Origin: Octopus sinensis
Lineage: Eukaryota
Length of the DNA stretch: 64,000 bases
Assembly: GCF_006345805.1 (NCBI RefSeq)
Contig: NC_043006.1
Span: 43,586,001 to 43,650,000 of the forward strand
Direction: 5' to 3'
Of the stretch, positions 52,540 to 64,000 are shown in pieces. A model generated the notes under the pieces. The model was given only the letters and a program-made list of their open reading frames with translations. It made no database searches and was not told the DNA's origin. A program made the translations under genes and the position numbers. Positions within the stretch are counted from its first letter, which is position 1, and every line of letters begins with the position of its first letter.

Positions 52540-54619
52540 CTGAAAGACAATGTTGAAATATTGCTTCAGTAATGAAAGACTAGATGAAAAGAGTGATAAG
52601 TAATTTTAACAGGCAATAATACAGACATTTTGAGATATCGCTAACAATGTTCACAACTTGTTATTGTCAATTTAAATATTACCGATAAGAAAAATATAAA
52701 ACAAGATAAAGAATGCAAAAATTAAACATAAAAACAATAATAATAAAATCAAAGAAAAAAACCCAGCAGGATATTTTATATTTATTTTATATTTACTTTT
52801 ACCAAACATGGAATAAATAAGATATCGCACAACAATAAATCATATTATTTATTCACTACTTCCATCTTGCCCCTTTCTACCCCCAACCCATTTGCTGTTT
52901 TAATATTGTTATTTCTTTATCATAACAGAAATGTTGGAGAAGAGAATGTTAATGACAGCAATGGCACAAGGTGGTCATCTTTGATGTAAGGAAAAGAAGA
53001 TGAAAGTCTTATCAAGACTAACACCCGATTAATGCAGCTGCCAGTCTGTCTGCAAAGTTAACCGTACAATAGTATCGAGTATAAGTGTTGTGTCTCAATG
53101 ATTGGTGATTAGGAACTCAAAGTTTGGTATTAGTTACAAGAGCTTCAGTTGCTGCTGCTACTGCTGCTGGTAAAGATTATTATTCTGCAACTGGTTGTCA
53201 CTGATAACATTCAGACGACCATGTCGGACACAAACTCCACGCTATTAGCGATTATATAACAATTTACCACAAAGCTTTAAACAACAATGATGATGCTAAT
53301 AGCACTAATGATAATGATAATAATAATAATAATAACGACACATTCCCATTAGGTTCATGTTTCAATAATTATGTAATAGACTCTATGAGTGGATCTAAAT
53401 GATGACAATGATTAGGCAGAATGTTCTACTGATTTCGAAGAAAAAGAGTTAATGCCACCAAATCAGTTGGATAGTTATAATGGTAATTATACAACCGTGG
53501 TGATTACTGAATATAAATGATGGTGGCTTTTGCCTAGAGTCTACATTTAAATCTAATTGACAGCAATTGTGCAACAGTGTACATTACCAAGTTAATACAC
53601 AGGTTGCGACAAACACTTCAATGAATGCAATTAATAGATTATAGTCAAAAGTTAGTGACCCAAGGAAATTGTTTGGCACCAGACTGAACATTCGTTTTAA
53701 CTCCCTAAATTAGACTTTTAAATAATGTTGTGCAAGGCTTGTCAGTTTCAAGAAGTGGCTTTGAGATTAATAAAAAAGAAAAAATTCATTTTTAATGGAT
53801 AAAACAGCAATAACATTTGATGTACATTTTTTTTTATGCGGAAAAAGCAAAAAAAAATTATAACTCTTTAGAATAATAAAGCCAGTCAGTAAGAAAGGTA
53901 AGATAACAAGATTAATAACCATTTCATGCATGTATGAACTTATAAGAGGTGAGTCTTTTATACAACATCTAAATTTAGTAATCTAAACAAATTTAATACA
54001 CCATAATCTTATTAGAAGCGTGTGGCCAGAACCATTTGCTGCTAGACTGGATTTTGTAAAGTAAGTAAATTGGCAAAATATACACTAATTATATACACAC
54101 TCTGCTAATAGAAAATATTAAGCTAAATGTATATTTTGGCATTTCAACACTTCCTATTAAACTGTATTTACTGTCATAATAATAAACCAAACTGTGGCCA
54201 TGTTGTTGACAGATAATTGAGTCTAGATTGAGTTTAGCCTATGTCAGGGCAAATATATTAATGCCAATAAAGATCAACATTAAGAAATCACAAACTACTT
54301 CTGTCCATCAAAGGCACTTCAGAGACAACAGCTAAAAACCATTAAGTACTTTTTAATGAAACCAGACTTTTTTCTTAACAAAAAAAACAAGCACAAATTT
54401 ATAACTTCATTTATAAATTACTTACATTATCTTACTCAACATAATCCTCTTTACTGCTATATATCACTACCTATATTGTTTTCCAGTTCAGGCCTACATT
54501 TTAAGGACAGCATACATTTCCCACAGTAAATATTCTTCAGTCTCTTCTATCATCAGAAACCAGCAAACTTCCAAGGTAGACTTAGCACACGCACACACAC
54601 ACCCACACACACACAAAGG

Positions 54620-55030
54620 CTGCAGTAGCCAAATCCAGAGAACAGGATGATGGGGGTAAGGAAACAAAAATCATTTTGTGCTTTGCCAAAAAATCATGGA
54701 TAAGACGTGACACAACGTGAACCAGTGTGTTGTCATGGTGCAATGTCTCAGTTTCATTTATCAACAATACTTGCAGTTTCTTCCTTTGCACAAATTCTCT
54801 CAAATAACTCAGCCATTCAAAGAAAACTGATCATTGATCTAATGACAGGAAACAAAATCATGGTGAAAGATGCCCTTCTTGTCAAAAACGACAATCAACA
54901 TCACCATATAACAGTATGAGCAAATCTGACATGCTTATTTGATTTTGATTTTTAACTGTGGTGACAATAATCCAATCCACCAAACTGACTGCCTTTTCTT
55001 TTCGACATCATTGTCAAACACTTGTTTCAT
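54620..55030 (-). mobile_element. Degenerate Tc1/mariner transposase fragment
   Basis: LHHDNTLVHVVSRLIHDFLAKHKMIFVSLPPSSCSLDLATAAF matches HHDNAPAH...FLAK...HPPYSPDLAPCDF. Another frame upstream reads VMLIVVFDKKGIFHHDFV. Stops and frameshifts are present. Confidence 0.85.
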
Positions 55031-55175
55031 TTAACATGGCACTTTTCAAAAAGATTTTAATCCTTATCCAAACAACTCCTCTAACTCACTGTGACTTGGT
55101 TTTTTGTTCATTTGTCAGAAAATTTTTGTGGCATCACAATGCATCTTCAATTGCTTTTCTTTTTCTTTTTTAAAC

Positions 55176-55366
55176 CATGACATGTAAAAAGCACCCACTA
55201 CACTCTCGGAGTGGTTGGTGTTAGAAAGGCCATCCAGCTGTAGAAACTTTGCTGGTTCAGATTGGAGCCTGGTGCAGCCTTCTGGCTTGCCAGCCCTCAG
55301 TCAAACCATCCAACCTATGCCAGCATGAAAAGCAGACGTTAAACAACAATGATGATGTTGATGATG
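55176..55366 (+). mobile_element. RTE-type tailed repeat adjacent to the decayed mariner fragment
   Basis: Near-identical to 27970-28169; (GAT)n tail at about 55350-55366. Confidence 0.75.
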
Positions 55367-56279
55367 TAACATGAACTTTTACATATGCAAAACTTTTCTT
55401 TAGAAACCCCAACAGCATCAATCGTTGTAGAAAGCTACCTGGATTAAGAAGAGTCTTTTAAACACTGATGCTATGTGTGACATTGTGTAGGTCTCAAAGA
55501 ATCTTTCCCAATTTGAAGCTGAACTTCACACAAACACACTGTTCTGAAAAATCTCTGACTCTCCAACTTGTAACAAATAACTAAGTAGATCAACAGCTAA
55601 CTGATGTGGTGTGTTTATTATTATGTTGAAAGTCAAGGTTATTCACACTTAGTACTGCAGTCATGAGCATATTGTGCCATTTGTTTGGTGAATAGCTTTC
55701 AAGATTCAAGTTCTTTTTCTATTGGACAGACACTGTATGTGAGCATAGACATACATTTATCTGAAAGCATGCAGTTATACATGCATTCACAACACAAACT
55801 TATTGTACAAACTTAGAATATTTATTTGCGTGAAAAAGGTCATCTGCAAAAGAGAACAGATTTATTCTAAAATGGATCTTTCATTCTCATTTTTGTCATA
55901 GAAACATATCACCAAAAATAATCATTATTTTCGTCTATGTATACATACAACAGTATAAGGCAATGAACCCAACAATTATTAAAATTTGTAGGTAGAAAAA
56001 AAAGTATGTGAAGTGGATTGGACTGATTAGTCATACTCATCTTCATCATAGTCATTTTAACATTCGCTTTTCCATGCTTGCATGGGTTAGATGCAATTTC
56101 TTGACATGGATTTTCTATGGCCCTTCCTGTCACCAACCCTCGCATTTGTTTCCAAGTAAGATAATACTGGGTCATCCCATAAATAATGCAGTTTTTTTAT
56201 ATTTCTTTTATTTTTTCAAATTTAAGATAAACAACATTCTTTTTTAATCTAAAATATACTCTCCTTCATTTTCTACAAT

Positions 56280-56560
56280 GCTCTTCTATCTGGTAGACTT
56301 GCAAGGCCCCTCTTCCAAACTGTACTTGTCCATGACAAAAAGTACTCCTCCAGTACTGTTCTGACCTTGTCTACAGAATTCATATTTTTTCTAGCCAAAT
56401 GATTTTGAAGATTGCAGAATAAATGATAATCAGATAGGACAATGTCCTGCAAATATGGTGGGTGAGGCAGTGTTGACCATTCAAACTGCTCCAGCCTTTG
56501 GAATGTCATCCTCATTGTATGTGGCTGAGCACTATCCTGAAGGAAGAATACCTTTCATCT
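56280..56560 (-). mobile_element. Degenerate Tc1/mariner transposase fragment
   Basis: ORF 56273..56515 TLPHPPYLQDIVLSDYHLFCNLQNHL...WKRGLASLPDR matches the mariner PHPPYSPDLAPSDYHLF motif and C-terminus. Upstream LQDSAQPHT corresponds to HDNARPH. Confidence 0.85.
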
Positions 56561-57501
56561 TGATATCAAAGATGGTTGATTTTCTTCTGGCACAAATTTA
56601 AGCTGCTCACAAGGTGTTGATCAACATGGGGCTATAGTAGAAGACACTAGCCCAAGGTGCCGCATAGGGGGACTGAAATCAAAACCATATGGTTGGGGAA
56701 GCAAATATCTTTACCATACAGTCACACATGCACATAGTATGGGTATTAACTGAGGATAGTAACAGGTAAAGAAAGTTTCTACTGAGTGGAATAAATTCAC
56801 ACGTTGTCACTGTTTCCTTACTGAAGAAAGAGGGAACACTAAAACTTTTGAGAAGCTTTCATGAAGAGATGGAGAGAACGATAGGGAAGTGATATCCTAA
56901 ACCTTTCAGATAAAATCCTTTCCGCCATGGCATAATGACACATAATCTATATGCTTAATTTTATTGTCTTTATTACATTCATTTACCTTCAAGAGTTATC
57001 ATTATCCAGTTATCATCAAAGTGTACATTTCCATCTACTTTGCCTGTGATATATTCTATGGTCTAATATCAGCGCACAAGACCTGGATATTACGACGCAT
57101 GGGAGTAATAGTCAATGAACAAAACTTTAAGGACAAAGCTTCAATATCAATTGTTACACTCTAATCAGATTATCCACAGCTCCAAAACGAATGGAGTGGT
57201 AACATAAAAATAAATAAAGATGACTGCGTAAATCTCAAAAGTTCTATTGCTTGTTGGATGGTGTTTGGTAATAGTGAAGGATAGTGAAGTCATTGAGGTA
57301 GAATATAAAATAAAGTTAGTGAGGAGAACATTAAGCAAAAGGGAAGATTAAAGTGCTGAGAGTGGATTTCTTCACAGTTTCCAGGAAATAGACACACAGC
57401 AATCACAGCGAGGAAGAGAAGCGATTTTAGTAGTAGCTATCGCAGAGTAACAGATGAAATTGCTAACAGAAATTGACAACTGGATAGGGACTAAAAGGCA
57501 A

Positions 57502-57568
<67 letters not shown>

Positions 57569-57573
57569 TTATG

Positions 57574-57615
<42 letters not shown>

Positions 57616-57769
57616 TAGTTATTACCAAGCTAACATGGCAGTCCAGAAAAATAAGATGAATGCTGCCATTGATTAGCTCCGAGAGGCCATCGCCTCTAGC
57701 TAGCTATGTGACACACGAACCCGTGTCCATTATAACCTTCGAATAGGTTATACATACATACACACACAA

Positions 57770-58350
57770 TTGGCTTCTTTCAGTTTCTGCCTACCAGATC
57801 CACTCACAAAGTTTTAGTCAGCTCAGAACTATAATAGAGGACACTTGCCTAAGGTGTCATGCAGTGGGATTGAACCTGAAACGATGTGGTTGGAATGCAA
57901 AATCCTTAACCACGCAGATACATCTGTGTCTGCCTGCACACACACACGCATTCTTTTATTCTTTTATTTGTTTCAGTCATTTGACTGCAACCATGCTGGA
58001 GCACCGCCTTTAGTTGAGCAAATCGACCCCAGGACTTTGGAAGCCTAGTACTTATTCTATCATTCTCTTTTGCGAAACCGCTAAGTTACAGGGACGTAAA
58101 CACACCAACATCAGTTGTCAAGCAATACTGGAGGAGAGGGACAAACGCAGACACACAAACACATATACGTATACGTACATATATAATATATACGATGGGC
58201 TTCTTTCAGTTTCCCTCAACCAAATCTACTCATAAGGTTTTGGTAAGCTTGAGGCTATAGTAGAAGAAACTTGCCCAAGATGCCATGCAGTGGGACTGAA
58301 CCTGGAACCATGTGGTTGGTAAGCAAGCTACTTACCACACAGCCACTCCT
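57770..58350 (-). mobile_element. SINE family A: head-only copy (57770-57920) plus full copy (57955-58350)
   Basis: Reverse complement of the family A modules. Confidence 0.8.
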
Positions 58351-59116
58351 ACATGTATGTAAATAAAACCCTGCTAAGATTTCAAGAATAGATGAACTGG
58401 CCTGAGATAAACCTTATTTTTCATATTTTATGTGTTTTAATCAATCCATAAATGTTAAGCCAAATGTGTAAAGTGTTAGAAGAGAAGTTGAGCTTTTTTG
58501 CATACCATTTTTTTTAGCTTATAAGATAAAGGAAAAGAGGAATGGTGGTTTCATAAAGAAGAGTTATCATCAAACCTTTTGTCAGAAATCAGAGAAAAGA
58601 AAGACGTGTTTGTTTTATGACAATTCATTTTGGTGCAATTCAAAGCAGAACCAAGCACACGTAATAACTTTTAATGTGTTCTGAAAATTTCCAAAGAATA
58701 CAGATGTTCTAGAAACAAAAATGACAATTCAAATTTAGCTCAGCTACCGACCATATACTAACTGCAAACAAATGATGTTCGGCTACCATATATTACATAT
58801 TTTTAGAGCTGTCAGACACCTATGTGTTATTTTCATACCAATAATATTTGAAATTTATCATTAAACTTTCTGTGACTGGTATATTCCTGATACTCACAAA
58901 CATTGATAAGAAGGTGGGTGGAAATCAAAAACTTATGCGAATGATATGACAAAGAAATGAGAAATCTCCCGAAGATGACCTGTTGGATGGTCTTTGGAAG
59001 AACAAGTGATTAATAAATTAGAAAGCCTGTCATGCGCCTCAAAGTATACATCAAAAGAAAATAAGACAACTTGAGAGAGAGGATCTGGACAGTTTATAAT
59101 GTAGCTGATAGCTCAC

Positions 59117-59182
59117 CTTTGCCCTGACCACTTCGATCAAGTAAAGTTAATCCATTCTCTGTTCCTATGAGTAAGTTAACAC
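59117..59182 (-). CDS. msn: Misshapen/MAP4K4 family CNH-domain exon
   Basis: ttttcag|GTGTTAAC...GGCAAAG|gtgagc. 66 nt, phase 1 to phase 1, encodes (G)VNLLIGTENGLTLLDRSGQGK, the expected continuation of AALWG. Not in the ORF track. Confidence 0.95.
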
Positions 59183-62100
59183 CTGAAAAATAAAAAGGAA
59201 AAAAAAATTATATATATGTGTGTGTGTGAGTCCATATATATATTATGCACACATACACTAACACACTTATATATGCATACACCCAGATACAAAAACATAT
59301 GTATACATACATGCACATGTAAATATATCCATATACATACACATACATGCATAAACATACAAACACATATATATACATACATACATATACACATATTTAT
59401 AAATATGCATATGCACACACATTTATAAATATACATGCATATATATATATATACACACACACACATATAAAAATATGTACACATACATACACACACACAC
59501 ACAAAAACAAACTATGAGCTTCTTTTTCCTTGTGATTTAGAATTGCTGCATCAAAGTTCTAGACTTGAGAATTCGGTAAAAATACACTCCAAAACATAAG
59601 ACTCGCAACCACTGAGTTTCGTTTGTGTGAGTAGATTTCTACCACTGTCTTAATTAACATTAACAAAACAAAAAAAAAAGGTAAAGAAAAAGAGAAAGAA
59701 AAAACGAAAAAGAAAAGAAACCAAAAGTTTATATTCTAATTTCAGACATAATATAAATTACAATATTTATTAAAAGATTACTTTAAGTAGGTTTTCTAAC
59801 AACATCATATGGTAATTGAAAATTATCATCTAACAATTATCAATAGGATGTGTGTGTGTGTGGCAGGAGGGAAGGGGGAGCAGTGTTTACCACAGTAGTC
59901 TTGACTAATAGAGTCACACACACACACACACACACACACATTCATACGGACATGAAGACACACACGGACTTTGCTAGAAATTTTAATTAAAAAAAGACAG
60001 GTTTAATCAACGGTGTTCAAAAGACTAACTCCTCCCCCCCTTCCTCTCCCCTCTCCCCATCCCCCGCCGCCACCACCAACACCTCATGCTCCCATTCTTT
60101 ATAATACGCAAATAGATAGTTAGTAGAAAAATTAAAGCAAATATTGCAACCGAACTGAAAGACTATCAAACTTGTTATAATAAGAATAATCATAATAAGA
60201 ATAATAACGATGATGATGATGATGATGATGATGAAGATGAAGATGATGATGATGAAAAAATTAATTATTTGAAAACATATCAAGAAATACTGAAGTGCAA
60301 TTAAACTTCTTAATCCTCGTACGACCATGGCAGCTGGGAGCATTTGTGATGGTGGTCACAACGTACAAATATATTCTACATTTAAATCCTCTAAACCAAT
60401 GATTTAGCACTTACCACTGACCGCAGCTGCTGGCAAGAACTCTCTACTTACTATTTATCACAATGTATAACAAACTAACGAACTAACTAACTATTCTTAG
60501 TATAAATCATATTATTGAAAAGTAAAACAAAGGTAAACAATGGCAGGATGCATCTATGCATCTCTCTCTCACTCTCTCTCTCTCTCTCTAGAAGTGTGTG
60601 TGTGTGAAGGTGTGTAAGCTAAGTGGTTAGGGGGTTTGCACTCTGGAGCAAAACACTTCATTTAAAGTTGCTCTGGTCTAGGGGTCAGCGAACCAGGGTA
60701 AATTAATCGAAGTGGAGGTAAAAATGCAAATTCCTGTGGGTAATTCTTTTATTCTTTCACTTGTTTCGGTCAGTTGACTGCAGCCATGCTGGTGCACTGC
60801 CTTTAGTCAAACAAATCGAGTGAGTCAATACAGAATTACAGGTAGTATTTATGGAATTTTGATTCATTGTCAGGTGACTTTTGGCCAACCCTGTGTGTGT
60901 GTGTATATGTTTTATATATATATATATGAATAAATATATAGAGATGGATAGACAGATACGTGGATAGCTCCACTACAAAAGGAGCACTCAGTACATTATG
61001 TAGAGTATATATTTGTAAGTTAGCAGTTAATGACTCCTCACAGCCACTAATTAGAATTTCAATGACATGCAAACACATGCCTTCAATGTCCTATAGACAC
61101 TGAAAGAATTAGGTATATGTTTGTACATCTATACAACTCTGAGTAATGGCTAGTGGAGCTTAAACTACTGATACACAAACACACATGTACAAATGTATGT
61201 CTGTGTATAACTACCTATCTATCTATGTATCTACCAACGTACCTATCTATCTACCTATCTATGCATCTACCAACCTACCTACCTACCAAACTATCTATCT
61301 ATCTATCTATCTATCTATCTGTTTACCTCTCTATCTACCTATCACTATATCTATTTATCTATCTAAATAAATAAATAAATAAATAGATAAATAAATAAAT
61401 AAATAATAAATAAATAAATAAATAAATAATAAATAAATAAATACAGATATTTCTATGTATATATACATTCATGCGTGTGTGTGTATATGTGTGGGTTACA
61501 AAAACCAAAATTTATTTCTGAAAACAAAAAAAATCCTCAAAATGTATTTGAAGACAAATTCTCATATAGGAATCAAACTGTTTATTAGCAACAAGTCATC
61601 TTCATTCATTGCACAACCAGAGTAAAAGAGATACAAATGTATTGCCTTGCATGCATTTACCTTATCACAGATTTACCATGTGACATAAACAGAATTTACC
61701 TAACAACTTAGCTTTAGGCAGGGTCAGGTAAATTAGCATTGAAATTTAACCCAGTAAGTTGTCATGCCATCATTTGAGAGATCTGTTCAATCAGTATTGA
61801 CTTAGGGCTACATAAGAAATCTTAATATAATTTACAGTTAAGAATTGGCCACAAGGGATAAGCAGCAACTACATCACCCAGTACATCTATTCAGTACATC
61901 TCTCCTTGTTTATCATCAAGGTGTTTGATTAAAAACAAAAAAAAAATAAAAACATGTGGAATGAATCAGTAATGAAAGAATAATATAATATATGGGGAAA
62001 TATAGGTTTCATTCCAAGAATCCCATGTTGCCCTGAGTATTGCGAATGACCACTAGGGCCATGGTTTTGTGGTCCAAGCAGAAACTTTAACTGATTGCCA

Positions 62101-62749
62101 ACTCATGATACCACAGATCAATTCATGATCAGTGTAACTTGGTTAACAATGTGCATATACCATGTTATCCTGGGTCAGTGATCAATAAATCAGTGAAGAG
62201 TGAGGATAGATGTAAGAATAATATATATATTTTTTTTTGTCTTTTACAGTCTTAATCATTTTCATCATCATTTTCTACAAAGTTTTCCATGCTGGCATGA
62301 GTTGGATCGATCATCATGATCTTCTACATCATCTTACACACACATACACACACACACACACACACAGCAGCAGCAATAAGGAAAACTAGTCAACTTGAGT
62401 GTTGTGTGTATCTTACAGTGTGGACTGGAGGCACTTGAACGGTTGTTCTATGTGAGAAGGACTAAAAAGTTCCTTCAACCTAATATATGTCCTCACTTGG
62501 CATTACTGCCCCCCCCCACCAAATGGGTAGCTTGCAAAGTAGTTGAAAGGACCAACGTCTCATTCATATGTTCTGTTTCTGGCAAGGTTTCTACATCTAA
62601 TTAACAATATCATTTACATCAACAACCACAATAAAATCCAGGAGGCAAGCTTTACACACCATCAAGCTTAACAGCACCACCTGATCCTAGAATTCCTTTA
62701 GCAGAGTTCACTCTCTTGCATGGGTTCAGATACAGGAGGAAAGAGTGAG

Positions 62750-62919
62750 AGAAAGTTGTGGCAAAAGAGTCAGCAGAAGTTTGCCATTTCCTTCTGCCAG
62801 AGCCACGTGGAGCTTAGGTGTTTCACTCATAAACACACAAATCACCCGGTATGAGATTCAAACCCACGATCCCTTGACTGCAAGTCCGCTACTCTAACCA
62901 CTAGGCCATGTGCCTCCAC
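62750..62919 (-). mobile_element. tRNA-derived SINE, family C
   Basis: Minus strand reads gtggaggcacatggcctagtggttagagtagcggacttgcagtcaagggatcgtgggtttgaatc (A box TGGCCTAGTGG, B box GGTTTGAATC) followed by a non-tRNA body. Confidence 0.7.
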
Positions 62920-63090
62920 TTACTCATTTTACTGAACTCTTTATTATTTTCAAAACAGAAACAAAGTCTGTATTGTTTCAAAAAATAGGATGGTAACAAG
63001 AGGGCTAACACTAGTTCATTCAACTGCTAGAAATACCTATCACCAACCCTCACTACAATCTTCTCTAATTCTTAAAAAGAAAAATCAATG

Positions 63091-63386
63091 TACTCTGTTG
63101 TGTCTGGGGAGAGTCATTTTCTTTTTGTGCCTTATAATTTAACACACACACACACACCGGTAAAATTTCCCCTTATTTCTTATTTCTATTTTCCTAAAAT
63201 TTTCTTTGCAACTTGCAACCTTTCAACACTATTGACTCTCTTGAGTCAAGACTATTGAAAAGGTTGCACGACACAAGGAAAATTTAGGAAAATAAAAATA
63301 AAAGGAATAAGCGGAAATTTTACCAGTGAGTGTGCTAAATTATAAGGCACAAAAAGAAAATTACTCTCCCCAGACACAACAGAATA
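63091..63386. mobile_element. Fold-back (palindromic) element, arms of about 145 bp
   Basis: Left arm ctgttgtgtctggggagagtcattttctttttgtgccttataattt... pairs with right arm ...aaattataaggcacaaaaagaaaattactctccccagacacaacag. Centre is ttgactc-tctt-gagtcaa (63232-63249). TA at both ends. Confidence 0.85.
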
Positions 63387-63622
63387 TGCTTCAACACACA
63401 AACTCACATAAAGAATCTTGCAAACCAAACCCCAAAACAGAAAAATCAATGTAGTTTTAGTTTATAAAAGAAATCTTTAGCTATTACAGTATTTTACAGC
63501 TAATTATCTTTAAGTGGTATCATAATTGAAATGAAAAGTTAAGTTGATAAATATGTGACAAGTATGACATAATGGAATGGAAATTTCAATGTAGAGTGTT
63601 AAAATTTGGTCAGAATACTCAC

Positions 63623-63851
63623 CCCATAAGGCAGCACAGAGAATGTCAGAACTGAACCGTTTCTTGTACTTGCGGATCTCGGGCGTATCACTAACAGCTT
63701 CAATTGGCTGTGAAGGGGTTACATTAACGTTAATCTGGGAGCCGCGGCGGGATGGTGTCATGGAGCCAATAGTGGAGCCAGCTCCAAAACCAAATGCTGT
63801 GAAGGATTTCTGGTGGTTCATCGGAGCCTGCTTGCCCACTGCCTGACGATA
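63623..63851 (-). CDS. msn: Misshapen/MAP4K4-TNIK-MINK1 family kinase, internal coding exon (end of linker and start of CNH domain)
   Basis: Translates as [76 protein letters not shown](G). [22 protein letters not shown] is the hallmark CNH start of GCK-IV kinases. Long pyrimidine tract plus ttttag acceptor (63857-63852); gtgagt donor at 63622-63617. 229 nt, ends in phase 1. Confidence 0.95.
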
Positions 63852-64000
63852 CTAAAATGAAAGATGGGATAGTGGGGGTAGGAGAGGGGAAAAGGAGGAA
63901 ATACAAGTTGATTAATAGAATACAACCAAGCAATAAAATAACAAGAAAATAATAACAACAACAACAACAACAACAACAATAATAATAATAATGATAATAA

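Noticed and set aside
56815-56862. ctgaaga-aagag...ctaaaac as a third hammerhead
   Set aside because: GAAA is missing and the helices are weak; could be a fossil but is not supportable.

Overview
This is AT-rich, microsatellite-saturated animal genomic DNA. The SINE and MITE repertoire looks like that of octopus genomes (recalled, not searched). The only protein-coding gene I can support is on the minus strand: five GT-AG exons (63851-63623, 59182-59117, 52539-52388, 44380-44317, 41170-41070). They splice in frame into 612 nt / 204 codons covering the end of the linker and the N-terminal half of the CNH domain of a Misshapen / MAP4K4-TNIK-MINK1 (GCK-IV) Ste20 kinase. I found no exon for the rest of the CNH domain in 1-41069, so most of the window is probably one very large intron. 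The remainder is several tRNA-derived SINE families, RTE-type tailed repeats, decayed mariner transposase fragments, piggyBac-type and other MITEs, fold-back elements, minisatellites and simple repeats. Almost all ORFs in the supplied track are microsatellite or SINE artefacts. The most interesting structure is at about 29.6-30.06 kb: a head-to-head inverted pair of a short element joining a Pol III (tRNA-like) head, an (AAT)n spacer and a minimal type-I hammerhead ribozyme motif of the Penelope-like kind. Repeat coordinates are read by eye and approximate unless a target-site duplication (TSD) or terminal inverted repeat (TIR) is quoted. No CRISPR array, rRNA or convincing tRNA gene is present.
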